From: Podarcis melisellensis
Lineage: Eukaryota
DNA: 64,000 bases
Assembly: GCA_964234715.1 (NCBI GenBank)
Contig: OZ174282.1
Reading direction: 5' to 3' (one strand)
Below the pieces are notes generated by a model, which ran no database searches, had not been told where the DNA came from, and saw only the letters and a list, made by a program, of their open reading frames with translations. The position numbers were made by a program, and so were the translations under genes. Of this stretch, positions 23,379-35,604 are shown in pieces; within the stretch, counting starts at the first letter, position 1, and each line of letters begins with the position of its first letter.

Positions 23379-24889
23379 GGAGGGAAAATGGGTTGGGGGG
23401 GCATTTCAGCTTAAAAGGAGACTTTATTCATTCCTGATCAGCTTCTCCTTCTATTCTCTCTTTTATTCTTAGATATCTTTTTTTTTTTTTAAGGCGGCCC
23501 TTCAGATGTTACACATCCAACCCTGTGAATCCCACCTCTGGGCAGTGAGGGTGGAATTCAGCATCCAATCGGCTCTTTCTACAGCCCTGAAAAACCAATT
23601 TGCTCATAAAGATTTTTTTTTTTAAGGGAGAAGCACAACAAGAGGGGGCTGGAGTTGCTCTTGGAGGAGAGCTTCAATTTCACTGTAATTGTCAGAAGAA
23701 GGGCTGCTTTGATCTACAGAATCATGATTATCTTTCAAATGTCTGTGCATTAATGCAGCAGCTGCACTTTGGCAGGAGGGCATCAAGAGGGTGTTGCAGG
23801 ATAACCTCCGGCTTTGGCCCTGCTTAGCTCCCCCCACAAGCCTCCCTCTTCACTCTTCCCCCCACCCCACTTATAATTTCGAAGGCCACTTAGCAAGATG
23901 CCCCACAAGCAGCAGCGGCAGATGTAAAGCTCTTCATCACCAGCCTTGGTGTTTCCAAGAGGGTCCCACCAAAGGTTTGGGAAGGAGCTCTCCAGGCAAC
24001 ACAAGAAATGCTCTTGCCTGTCAAGCCCCCATCCCTGCCCCCAGTCCCAACCCAGGCAAAGGCAACTGTGAGGAGACTTGAATGTTGGGTGAAGGCTCAT
24101 CTTCTGATCTTCATATTTACGTTCTCCATCCTGCATTATCCAAACAGAAGAATTTTCTTCTCTTTGTGTTGCATGCTGTTGCTACAATCTTCAAACCCAG
24201 TTCTGGAAATCACGATCCACAGCATGATCTGGTTGGGAAGATGGAGCCTAGGAGAGGCCCTCATCTGTGCACCTGCAGCTGCCAGGTGGCAAGACTAAGG
24301 GCCCGGTTACACCCTATGGGGACACTGGATGGCTGCCAGAGACCCGCCTCCCCAAAGAATTACTGGGCAAAAGACACAGGTGCCACTGTATTCCATGATC
24401 TCACCACCACCACCACCATTCCAGTTCACTGACTGCCACTGACTGGAGGAGACAGTGCACTGGATGCATGGATTCATGCCACATGTTTCTTTTACCAAAT
24501 GCTACTGAGGGGACACAGCTTGGTGGGAGCTGCGTCCCCCTCCCACACACATGAAGCCCACCCTAAATCACTGGAAGATAAGCAGTCACTTTCATTTATC
24601 TGATGCATTTTTTTTGGGCCCTCAACCCCAACACTACATTACTCCTTGATTCCCTGATTCCATTTCTCTGCTGCCCATCCAAGGCTTAAGGCTCCTTATA
24701 GCAGCTACTGACTGTTTTGTTTTTGTGAGAAGTGGGGCATCTGCAAAGGGGAAGAGGAAGACTTGCTTGGGAAAGCCAGTAGGCCCACCAACCTCACTTT
24801 CCCACCTGCCCGTGCTCCCCACCTAACCTTATGCTAATTAGCCATGCAGCCCCACCAAGAGCAAAGTTGCCTGCCACATCCCCCTCCCT

Positions 24890-25270
24890 CACCATGATTT
24901 ATGTTCAATTTGTACAAATGGAGAAAATGAGATTTCTGATTTCAATGCCATTTCTGCAATGAAGTGATTAAAAGAGAGAGAGAGAGAAGGAGAGAGAGTA
25001 GGGGAGAGGGAGGCACTGCGTTCGACTGTATAGAATATTGATCCCGGCGCTATTTTCCTTTGCAATAACCATTAGCCCTGTATTATTTGCAAACCTCTAA
25101 TGTGAACCCGGGGATGTAATTTACATTTCTGCTTTCCTTATTTGCCTTAACAAAACAACAACAAAAAGCTTTGGGCCTTTCAATCTATCCACATTGTCAA
25201 TAAAATCAGCAGCTGATAGGAATTTGTGCATATGCTAAACTGTCATCTCCATGTAAACGACAGAGGGTAA
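24890..25270. promoter_or_regulatory. Putative conserved non-coding element/enhancer
   Basis: Repeat-free AT-rich block with retained CpGs and TAAT/TGTCA motifs. Inference only. Confidence 0.45.
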
Positions 25271-25555
25271 AGTGAGGAGCAGAGGGGACTAGGAAGGCTT
25301 CAGATTGCCTATACTTGGCACAGGTCTCCTCCGGTGTCCATCCTATACCTGTTATTTGCTCTCCCCTCCCTGGCAGCACAGTCCTGGCTCCTGGAAGCAA
25401 TGCACAGAAAGCCATGCAGGCAATAGGCCTGGATGTGGCCTGGGGAATATAGCCACATAACAAACTCAGGGCGCTTCCAGATTTTTGAGTAGGATTCAGC
25501 CACAAACTGGCAAATGAAGGCTGCACAGTTAAAGTGAGAAAATGCACTGGGATAA

Positions 25556-25738
25556 TATATCCTCCAAATGTCCTGATTTTCCAGGGACAGTCCTGGAATT
25601 ACAGAAGCCGCCCAGTTTCTGATTTGATCCTGGACTGTCCCACTTTTCCAATAGGACGTCCCTATTTTCATCGGAGAAATGTCAGAAGAGATGGAGGATG
25701 ACATCCCTCTTTTCATCAGAGAAATGTTGAAGGGTATG
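25556..25738. mobile_element. Non-autonomous DNA transposon, CATACCCTCCAA-terminus family, short form
   Basis: Ends tatatcctccaaatg / aaatgttgaagggtatg, flanked by (g)ggataa on both sides. Homologous to 33475-33881. Confidence 0.7.
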
Positions 25739-25949
25739 GGATAACACTTGCTTTGATGCAACATCATCTAACCACCCCTCAAACAAACTGGAAAGAATGC
25801 TCACTGAATGGCCAGCATCATCTAATCTGCCTGCAAATGAGTCGAGATGGATCCTTAGTAAAGAGGTTGTCTCAAAGTGGCATCTCACACCATTTTACAG
25901 CCAGCCATTTCATCACTCCAGATCCTGGAGGGGGCACATCAGGGGCACC

Positions 25950-26060
25950 TAAGCTGTGACCCTCCAAATGGTCCTGGACTACAGGTTCCATCACCCCAAA
26001 ATGTGGGTGATGTTCACTGCAGTTCAGCAACATCTGGAGGGCTGCAGATTAGCCACAGGG
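25950..26060. mobile_element. Degenerate palindromic hAT MITE
   Basis: ccctccaaatggtcctggactaca ... cagttcagcaacatctggaggg inverted arms, similar to 14206-14341. Confidence 0.55.
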
Positions 26061-28073
26061 ACACTTTGCAGAGGGTTGCAACTGCAGCCAATAAACTACA
26101 GCGAAAGAAGGTGTTTCAAATGTGCTCTAAAGGTATAGTGTGTACACTGAAACAGGCACATTGTAGGGTAGATGATGCCCCTTGTTATGTGATGGGTGGC
26201 CAGTGTGACTGAGCTGTGCCCCTCCCTACAAAGGTCCAGCTCTTTGTTAATGGGCTTTAGGTTACGATGGTGGACCTATTCCAGTTCATAAGCACCCAGC
26301 CAGCCATCAAAGAGGCAACAGGCAGTAAAAAAGCCCAAAGAGGTGTGTGTGTGTGGAATGGAGAGGTACTAGAAACAGAAAGGCAGGTGTGGGGACAGGA
26401 CAAGCAAGGTAGCTCTTGCCCTTCAGCAAGGAGGGATGCAACACTCTTGCCTCTGAATCAGGAGGACTTTGTCAGGGTGGGGAAAACAGTCATGCAAAGG
26501 TCCAAATCCACCTGGGACTCTCATGCAGAGATTGCTGGAAAAGCCCTTACTGAGCTAATTGCACAAGGAGTTTGTAACGCAGGTACACACACCTGCGCCA
26601 CACACACCAGTCCAAGGAGAATCAAGATGGGGAGGCAGGGTTGGAGTCCTGAGAAGTTGTCAGACATCATGTTGCCACTTGGGTACCAGCTCTGGACAAA
26701 GGAGATGAGGAAGTTTCTAGGCATCCCCAAAAACAAGGAGAAGGAAAGCAGGAGAGGGAGCCCAGCCCAGCTAATGACCCTTAATTGCCACAAGCAGCAT
26801 GGCACTGAGGCCAGGCGGCTGCTTTGCATTCTTGGGATGTAGGGTATGCAAATGCCTCCCAAGGGCTGACACAGTTTCTCTATTGTGGATCCTGAGGGTA
26901 ACAAAATTAGCCTTTGGCAGCCATGGTAATTGGGAGGTGCGGTTCCCATTAGGAGTCCTACAAATTATGAAGAAAAATGGACCAGGGGCTTTGTCGCAAA
27001 TAATAATAGCAAGAAGAAAAGAGCGGGCGCCTGCCTCTGTTTCCCCCCCCCCCCCACGCCAAATCTCTCTCTTTATTTCTAGATGGTGCAGTTAATGCCT
27101 CCTTGTTTAGTAACAAGAAAATAGTCTGCAGTCCCCTGCTGGACTTTTCCAAGGCAAGATCACATGGTGGATAATATAAAATCCAATCCGAAGATGGAGT
27201 TGCAGCAGAGCCAAAGTGCCAGTGGCTGATCCAGACAATGTTCTTGTCCCTGCTTCGCCCCCGCCTTTGTTGTGAGTGAGGACTGAGACCTGCAACAACA
27301 TGGAAGGATGTGCTTCCTGGTCCCTGAAGGGCTAGACATCTTTGAACAGTCCCAACCCATGACTTCTTCTTTCCCCTGCTGCAAATGGGGGGTCCTAGCC
27401 TGCTCCCAAATGTGCCTGCCCGGGATGAAGGTCTCAGCCGCTGAGAACTTGAAATGCTCTGCCAACATCTTCAATGGCTGCTGACCCTCTCACAGTGCAG
27501 ATACTGCAAGTCAGAAAATGAGTGGCCTCTTTGATCTCCCTGCCAGGAGACCAAATGTCACATTCAAGAAGCCCCAGCCGCCCCCCCCCCCAAGTTTACA
27601 CCTGAGACTGTCTTCCTCCCGAGTTCCGAGGGTTTTCCATACTACTGGGTCGGGGTAGTAGAGAACGTGAGAAGTTTCACATACATAGTGCAGCAGGCCA
27701 CCTGCTCTGCAACTATGCTGTGTTTCCTTTTGCAAGAAAACTGCAAGATGTGCCCAAGGTTCACTCAGGTTTGTGGATGAAGCTAACAGGAACAGAGGAA
27801 GTGAGGCAGATGTCCAAGGAAGGCCTCCCTCCTTCCTTCTGAAGTGCACGAGGCCATTGCCAGTCACATCAGGACCCAGCCAGAGGGCTCTGGAATTTGG
27901 CTGAGCCAAAGTTCCCTTGTTGCATGGTGTCCAGAGAAAGGCCTGAAGCCAGATGATTGGGTCTGTGCCTGCACAGTATCAGCACTGGGTGGGGGGTAGT
28001 TTTGGGGGATGCCATGAATGCAGCTCTGAGCCAGCAATAAAAGGGGAAATGAGGGATTTGGGAATATTGAACT

Positions 28074-28203
28074 GTTGCAGTCACATTTGTGCTTTGAACT
28101 GCAATTTGTTAAGGGTGCTGGGAATTATAGTTCTATGAAGGATAAACTACAGTTCCCATGATTCTTGGGGGGAAGCCATGTGCTTCTGATGTGTGGATGT
28201 GCA
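28074..28203. mobile_element. MITE, same family as 1548-1713
   Basis: tttgttaagggtgctgggaattatag...aaactacagttcccatgattcttggggggaagccatgtgctt. Confidence 0.7.
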
Positions 28204-28739
28204 TGAAACTCAACCAGGTGAGCAGATGTGGAGAATGCTGCTGCTGCGGCTGCTGCTGAGATGTCCCTCTCAAAGGAGCGTCAAGACAGAGGATGTCTGG
28301 GGCAGGAGTGTAAAGAGCCATCACAGGCCACACCTCATCCTGAATTCTGTTTCTGGTCCACCCACTAAAAGAGGAACTCCACATACCCTGAGCTGTTTCT
28401 CATTCCTTTCCGCTCTCTACATTCTTCTTCTTGTTTATTATTATTTCAAACCAGGCAGCACAACAGCAGCCATTAAACAACACCAATCAGGGAGGCACCC
28501 ACAATGCTGGGAGGACTAAGTCTGCATGAGGACGATCCTGCAAGCGACACAGGGTGTGTGGCAGAATGAAAGAGGAGGAACAAACTGTGCCTGGGGATGG
28601 GGGGCCCATTACCTCTCCCCCAGGTTCTTGGGTAACAGGCGGTCAGCCTCCCCACTCCACTCCTGCAGGAATCCAGGGCAGCCCTAAGAGATTACGAAAT
28701 CCCAAACCCAGAAAGGCTCCCTGAGCTGTGCAGACGAAT

Positions 28740-29090
28740 TGAAGGGAACAGCTCACTCACACAATGACAACAATGCTCGACTTTTTCATACTTATGCTAA
28801 CTCTCCATCATAGAAACCGCCGCAGTCAATGTCTTAACCCCAGATCTTTATTTTTTCATTGTTTCCCCTCAGGGCCTCTTTAAGGAGCCGGCAGAGGAGC
28901 CACTTTCCACGTCGGGCGCAGTTGGCACGCCGGCCAAGTGTACTTAAACTTTGCGTCTGATCAAGTTATGTGTATTGGATCTGAAACCAGCGAGTCAATT
29001 CTTCCAGGTCCCTAAGTGGCGATTTGTGGTAATGTCTACATCAATACGAAGAGAGCGGTTTGCTAGCTGGTTTACGTAAAGCAAATGCCT
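28740..29090. promoter_or_regulatory. Putative conserved non-coding element/enhancer
   Basis: Unique sequence with locally retained CpGs and SOX-like acaatg/cattgt motifs. Inference only. Confidence 0.4.
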
Positions 29091-29479
29091 GCAGGATGGG
29101 AGGGGGCCTCCAAGGGTTCTCCCAGCTAATGGTGTTGTGCACATATGTGGGGGGGGGAGCACAAGCAGAGGCCAAGCAGGAGAGGGTGCTTTTTATGCAA
29201 ACCTCCATGCAAAGGAACCACCACAACCACCACCTCCTCCTAACTGAAGGGTTCTTTCCCATTTCCACCAAAGCTTCTCTTTCCCAGCCTACCAGCATCT
29301 CTCTGCCACCTTCCTGGCAAGCACCACCCACCTGTCCTGAGGTGGAGATTGATGGGGAGCCTCTGGAGGCGACCTGTGGGCCAGGCCAGGAGATGAAGAA
29401 CTGGGTATTCTGTCACAGGGACTTCCCCAGAATGGCAGGCTGTGCTTTCTCTCATTTGCTTGGTTTTTTTGGGGGGGGG

Positions 29480-29830
29480 GCTCTTGGCACACAAGGCTGT
29501 GTGAAAATTGATTTATGGGATCCACTGCTGTGGGATGCAGTGATAGCCCTACAACAGAGAGAAAGAACAAGGAGGTTTAAAGGGGGATTAGAGGAATTCA
29601 TGGGTGAGTGGGGAGATCTGTCAATGGCTGTTTGTCATGGTTGGTCTGTGGAAGATGCTCTGGGTTTAGCCTATACTGCTCCTAACATTTGCTGGCAGGC
29701 ACAGAGCAGGGAGCACTTATCCCTGCTTGTGGGCCTCTTGAAGGCATTGCTACTTGGTGGGGCAGATGAACTGAGGTGATTCCTGCTTCTGATCTCTCCC
29801 CTGAACAAGCCTTCTGGTGTGCCTTCAACA
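29480..29830 (+). mobile_element. Degenerate CR1 LINE 3' end (ORF2 terminus and UTR)
   Basis: Translation LWDPLLWDAVIA...FKGGLEEFM resembles the CR1 ORF2 end (LWNSLPxxVV...FKRGLDKFM). Confidence 0.65.
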
Positions 29831-30354
29831 GCATCGCTACTCTATACCAGACACGCTCCCCTGCCCACATCTACCTGGCCACCTGGCCTAGCCATATGAA
29901 GAAGACAAGAGAAGAAAATTTTAGAAAATTCCACCCGAGTCCTGGCTACATGTAAGATTTCCCAGAATGCTAAGCAGCACTGCTCACATTCTTCTTTTGA
30001 AAGCGTCAACAGGATCCCCTTGCCCTCGGTGACTCCCAGCTCCTCTGTGGCAGTGCAGGTGAGCAAAAGTATGATGGAACAAGGTTGGGAGGTGCAATGG
30101 GAATTTCTTACATTCAGTTTTAAGACACCAGATGCCCATTGCCTCTGTGTGCTTTCTTGTGAGAATCAGCCCAACGTCACTGAAGTCCTTAAGTTAGTCA
30201 TAAACATCCCTCAGATCTAGGAAGGCTCTCGAGAAAGACTAGCTCGCAGCAATGACCTCAGGAGAACCTTCTTATGTCCTCTCTAGGATTTCAGGACAAC
30301 CTTCTCTGAGCTGCCTCCTCCTTCTTCATCTTCTTCCTTTCCTTGACCTCTGGA

Positions 30355-30435
30355 CCAGTTTCACCCAACTGAGATGCCCTCCGGGTGTTTTGAACTACAA
30401 CTCCTATTAGCCTCAGCAACATGTTGGCTAGGAAG
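30355..30435. mobile_element. Partial hAT MITE
   Basis: gccctccgggtgttttgaactacaactcctattagcc resembles the left arm of 14206-14341. Confidence 0.45.
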
Positions 30436-31132
30436 GAAGGTGTCACAAAGGAGCCACCACTGCAGCAAAGATTTCCATAGGTGGAGAGAATCTGCTTATC
30501 CATTTGACACTGCTAAGTTTAGTCTTCTTAAGTACCAGCTCCCCGCTGCCTGCTGCTGCCACCATGACAGTGATTCTCTTCTATTTCCCATTAATTATTC
30601 GTTTTGCAATTGTACATCTCCATCCCTCTGGGATTGTGCTGCTGCTGGCATTTGGCACACAATTTATGGAAAGTTTCCATAAATATGATGCTGTTCAGAA
30701 ACGGAGCAAGATATTAGTTTAGAATTTGCAGACTATCACAGGCTGAGGACACACCACTGATTTATCGTCCCCTGTAAATTCAGAGGCACGGCTGGTGCTG
30801 CACTCATAAACTGCAGATGAGTGGGGTTGGCGTTTCTCTCAAGCCCAACCGACTGCTGGGAGGACTCAACAGCCACCAACTGCAGAGATGGCGGCCTACT
30901 CCCCTCTGGCCTCTTCGGCCTACCTGCTAGAGTCAGGGATTCTTCAGCAGTCATTGCCACTAGGAATGGTTGACCTAGATTCTTTTGCTGGACAAGGACT
31001 CCTCTGAGGTCCTGGGCCTGCCATGATTGATTTCAGCTCCCCACTGCTCTGCTCACACCTTCCTCCCACAAACAGCAGCAAACCAGGCCTTAGCTGATAC
31101 TCCTACTCTATCCCATAAATGCTTTGCAGCTG

Positions 31133-31443
31133 CATACCCTCCAACATGCCACAGAGGAAAATCCGGCTGTATGTCTTTTGGGGCTGCATGCCGTGTGAGT
31201 CACGTGACTCCCATAAGAACACAGCTCCGAAAAACTTACATCTTTTCAGAGCCAGATAACTCATGTGAGAGCATAACTTACATCTTTTCAGATCCAGATA
31301 ACTGGGGGCCCCCAAAAACGAGTGTCTTTGGGGGCTGTGATCTTGTGGAAGCCAAACAGGACATTCTGGGATCCAATCAGAAGCTGGGATGGCTTCCGTA
31401 ATTCTGCGATGTCTCGTTTCAAGTGGGACAGTCGTGGGGAATG
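31133..31443. mobile_element. Non-autonomous DNA transposon, CATACCCTCCAA-terminus family
   Basis: Left end cataccctccaaca, degenerate right end gggacagtcgtggggaatg. Flanking gcagctg at 31126-31132 and 31444-31450. Internal 29-bp direct repeat at 31233 and 31275. Confidence 0.65.
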
Positions 31444-31832
31444 GCAGCTGACAGGGCTGGAACACCCAGCTGGACAGGTTTGCAGTCTTGGTAGCAAATG
31501 GCAGCAGGGAAAATGTTTTCTAATGCAGGTTTCCCCTTGGGGGAGCTGGGGGGGGGGGAGCTGCAACATTCCTTTGGGAATTTTTGTAGCCACAGCCATC
31601 TGTATTCATTCAGCTACTTGACAGCCCACAAATCCTGCTCCTGTACAAGAGGAAACGAAGGAGTTCCGATGCTGTACTTCATTTTAAAACTGGGCAGAGC
31701 TTGCTAAAAACTCTGGCCTAAACAGATCTGCAGACAGACAGATTCACCTTTTGATGATGCTGTGAACTGCCGACAGTGGTTGTCTACGCAGCATCTCAGT
31801 TCTGCTCCCCTCTGCCAGGGATAGTCTTTCCC

Positions 31833-32035
31833 ATAAGAACATAATAGCAGCCCTGTTGGATCATGCAAATGGTCCAGCTACTCTTCCATAGTGTCCAGTT
31901 GGGTGACCCTCGGAATCCCACAAGCAGGACATGAAGACAACAAGCCCCCTCCTGCTTCTTGCCTCCCTGGAAACTCAGGCTCAGGAAAGAGACTAGCTCT
32001 TCATATGTCCCTATACACTGGCAGCATCCATAAGC
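31833..32035 (-). mobile_element. CR1 3' end
   Basis: Begins cataagaacataa (reverse CR1 terminal repeat), then gccctgttggatca...ggtcca. Confidence 0.65.
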
Positions 32036-33474
32036 GCGATGAGCTGGATATTGTGGGTGGTGGGTATCTTACTCCCCAGTCAGATGCTATGCACAAGATG
32101 CCATGTGTGGCTTTGGAGGATTGCTTTGTACAAAAAAGAAAACAGTCCAGCATTCAGCTACAACCTTCCTCTGTACATCTAGGAAAAGAGGTCACAGCAT
32201 GGCTTGTATGGGTGAATCCCAGACCCAATGGTGAGTTTTGCCACAAGTTCAACAGCCACATTTGTCTGAAAAATGAGTCTGAAAGGAATAGGCACCCTTC
32301 CACTGGGGAGACAAACTCTCGGAGGGGCTTGCACAAGCCCAGTTTCTACAGGACAGGAATAGCAGCAACTGACCTTCCTAACATGGCATAGCTGAAGGGA
32401 GATATGAGGTTGCTGCCTGCCCTGAGGTTAAGATGAACTGGGCCATAAAACCCAACTTTTATACTTCAAATGTTTGTGCTCCTCCTCCATGAAGGAAAAA
32501 AGAGAGCAGTTTCCAGAACAGCAAAGTTGGTCCAGTTTAGGAGTAGAAAGAATGCCTGCCGTGATCAGATTTACTGCTAGAAAGGAACGTGCATGCATCA
32601 TGGCAAGCCTGAAATGTGTCATTATGAAACATTTAACCAGTTTAAATCTCTCTCTCTCTCCCTTCTCTGATGCCCTTCTGAGTGTCTGCGATTTACAGCT
32701 CTCAGTCGATAATCAAGCCCAATAGCGTGGATGAAACTGACAATCAGAGGAAGCATCTAAATGAAACAGAATTGGAGTCACTTTCGAAAGATCCATTAAA
32801 GTAAAGAATTCTACTGAAGACTCTATGACAGCACTTATTAGAAACACCTCAGAGCAAGAATCAAACTGTGAACGGAATGGAAAATCTCAATGAGTGCTCA
32901 GAATTAATTAGGGAAAGTTTGGAAGAAGAGCTCCCTTGTAATCAGGGGAATACCTATTTGGGGTTTGGCAGGGATGGGGCTCATTTCTTTCCATATGTAG
33001 TGCACCTTCCAAGGCTAACTGATTTGGAGGAAGCCCACCTGGCTTGCAAAGGCTGCTCTGGGAGCCATCAAACAGGGCTTGGACCCAGGCCCAGGCAACT
33101 GCCCTTGCTTCAAAGCCAGAACTGTTGCTTCTTGGCCAGAGGGCATCTCTGGAAAGCACTTGGGCCTCCCTCCTTGCTGAGTCCCCATCAGGCCATCTCC
33201 CCTCTCAGATAGCAGCACCTTTGCTTCCTTCCTCCCACAGCCCTTGGATAATTTCCCTGGCTATGGACTCCAGCCTGACCTCAGAATTGTGGTCTTGTCT
33301 TTGCAGGGAGCCACAATGTTCTTAGCTTCTCATCTCTTAAAAGTGCCCTTGTCCCCTTCTGCATCTTGCCTGAGGCAGCCTTGTCTTGCCATCAGGGCCT
33401 TCTTGGACTGGCTCAGGTGAGATGAGGCTCAGGCTGGATACCAGCAGGCCAAGGCAAGAGTGGAGGCAGGAGGG

Positions 33475-33771
33475 CAGACCCTCCAAGTGTCCCTATTTTC
33501 CAGGGAGTTCTGGATTTACAGAAGCCATTCTGATTTGACCCTGGAATGTCCTACTTTTCCTTAGGATGTCCCTATTTTCATCTGAGAAATGTTGGAGGCT
33601 ATGGAGTTCTGTGACCCTCAAGTCACAAAGATGGAACTATACAAGCTTTAGTAGACATCTGAAGGCAGCTCTGTACAAGGAAGTTTTTAATGCTTAATGT
33701 TTTATTATGTTTTTATATATGTTACAAGCTGCCCAGAGTGCCTGGGGTATCCCAGTCAGATGGGCTGGGGA

Positions 33772-33824
<53 letters not shown>

Positions 33825-33881
33825 AGTAATAGAATAGAATAGAACATCCCTATTTTCATTGGAGAAATGTTGGAGGGTATG
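33475..33881. mobile_element. Composite DNA transposon (CATACCCTCCAA family) containing an L2-like 3' tail and (AAT)n
   Basis: Ends cagaccctccaa / ttggagggtatg. The right end is present twice (33565-33603 and 33844-33881) with a LINE-like tail between. Confidence 0.7.
33773..33822. repeat. (AAT)n microsatellite
   Basis: Read directly. Confidence 0.95.
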
Positions 33882-34413
33882 GGTTCTGGCTGAATGCAGG
33901 GGCTCTGGCTTGGCTCTGTGGCCACACAGCTCCTATGTTGCTTCAGCAGGGAACAAACTGAACCTCACCCAGCCCTATGTGGCTGCAGCAGAACAGCTGT
34001 CTCCTAACCACAAGCCTGGCAGGCACTGGAAAGTTCTGCTTTGCTTAAAGGGCCCAGCCCTCTCCATTAGTCTCTTGCTGCAATGGAGTGGAGTCTCCGG
34101 TTGCAACGAGTCCTGCATGGAGCCTTCCAAGCCTGAGAATGGCATCCTCTGGCTGCAGGGTGAGGAGGAGGACACTGGCCCTGCAGGCTCCTCAGGTAGG
34201 AATGCTTCAGAGGGTGCCTACATACCCTTCCCCTTCTGCTTCAGAGTCTTACACTTCATCACCTGAAGAGCACTCCCTCTCTTAGTACCAATTTGACCAG
34301 TACCAATTTGACAAATCCGTATAACAAATATATTTAAGCAAGCACCTGCTCACTTCATTTTGTTTGTTTTATTATACAGTGTTTATATACTACTTCATTG
34401 TAATAAAACCCAA

Positions 34414-34613
34414 NNNNNNNNNNNNNNNNNNNNNNNNNNNNNNNNNNNNNNNNNNNNNNNNNNNNNNNNNNNNNNNNNNNNNNNNNNNNNNNNNNNNNNN
34501 NNNNNNNNNNNNNNNNNNNNNNNNNNNNNNNNNNNNNNNNNNNNNNNNNNNNNNNNNNNNNNNNNNNNNNNNNNNNNNNNNNNNNNNNNNNNNNNNNNNN
34601 NNNNNNNNNNNNN
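34414..34613. other. N-run, 200 nt
   Basis: Read directly. Confidence 0.99.
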
Positions 34614-35604
34614 TTGTTTCCGGCCATGCAAAACTGGCCACTTTTAGCCCAGCAGGGAAGGGTCCAGCCTGCCTGCTAGGGCTGCCTCCTATCTTTGTTA
34701 AACTTCTGATCTTGGCAGTGCAATTTCCTTAATTACCAAGTGAACCACATGCTGGTGTGGAAGGCCTGCTTGGAATGCCCAGTGCATTAAGCCGAGGGAG
34801 AATTCATTATCCCTTAACACCAGCTGGAATGAATTGTGTGCCTGACACCTCGCCCAGCAGCTCAAGGCAGTGCAGAGCAGCTCTGCTGAATGAGAGAAGA
34901 ACGGCTTTGGACATCTCATTCATTCTGCTTTACAATTACTATGAACTACAGCAGCTTTCCAAAGCTAGGCACAACCCACACACTGCCACTGGCGTCTGCT
35001 ATAATCGGTGGCCTCGGGGCTGGCTCAAGAGTTCAGAGACCCTCGGCAAAGTGCTCACCGCGGTTCACCCACACACCCCTCCCCTGCTGTGAGCTGAACT
35101 GGAGACAGTGGAGGACAACAAAGAAAGGGGCGCAGAATATTCCTTGGGACTGACCAACACCCTAGGGCATTGTGGGAATTTTTAAATGGCAGCTACTTCA
35201 TGTGGGGGCTTTGCCAGGGTACTGGTGTCAGGCAGCCACCTGGGGGTTTTGGGTATCGAGTGCCTGCCCCACATGAGCCATGCACCCTATATACACAAAT
35301 GAACAGTCAGCATTTCGGAGTTAGCTTTATTCTCAAGGATTTTTTCTCACAAATCACTTTGCCAGTCAGGAGCAGGAGTTCGGAGGACTTGTTTTACCCT
35401 TTCCCCAAAACACTAAGTGCACACTAACACAGGTACACACTCAAGGGGATATACCAAAATGTAAGAAAAACAACAGCTATGCAAGCAAACAGGGGCTAGG
35501 CCACTGATCTGCCTAGCTCAGCCTCTTGTTTTCAGCAGAACCCATGTTTACACTACAGGAAAGTTCACGTGGAGGAGAACATGATAGAGAAATCTGTTCT
35601 CTGT

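Noticed and set aside
26267-26842. 191-aa ATG-initiated ORF
   Set aside because: No recognisable family or exon context. Such a length can arise by chance in 64 kb of moderately GC-rich DNA.
28922-28937. NFI-like palindrome TTGGC...GCCAA
   Set aside because: The spacer is 6 nt rather than the canonical 5.
29060-29779. Longest ORF (239 aa)
   Set aside because: Non-ATG start and no recognisable domain. Its 3' half is chance read-through of a decayed CR1 end.
31233-31303. Repeat-spacer-repeat pattern (29 bp twice)
   Set aside because: Only two units with a 13-bp spacer, inside a transposon in a vertebrate genome. Not CRISPR.
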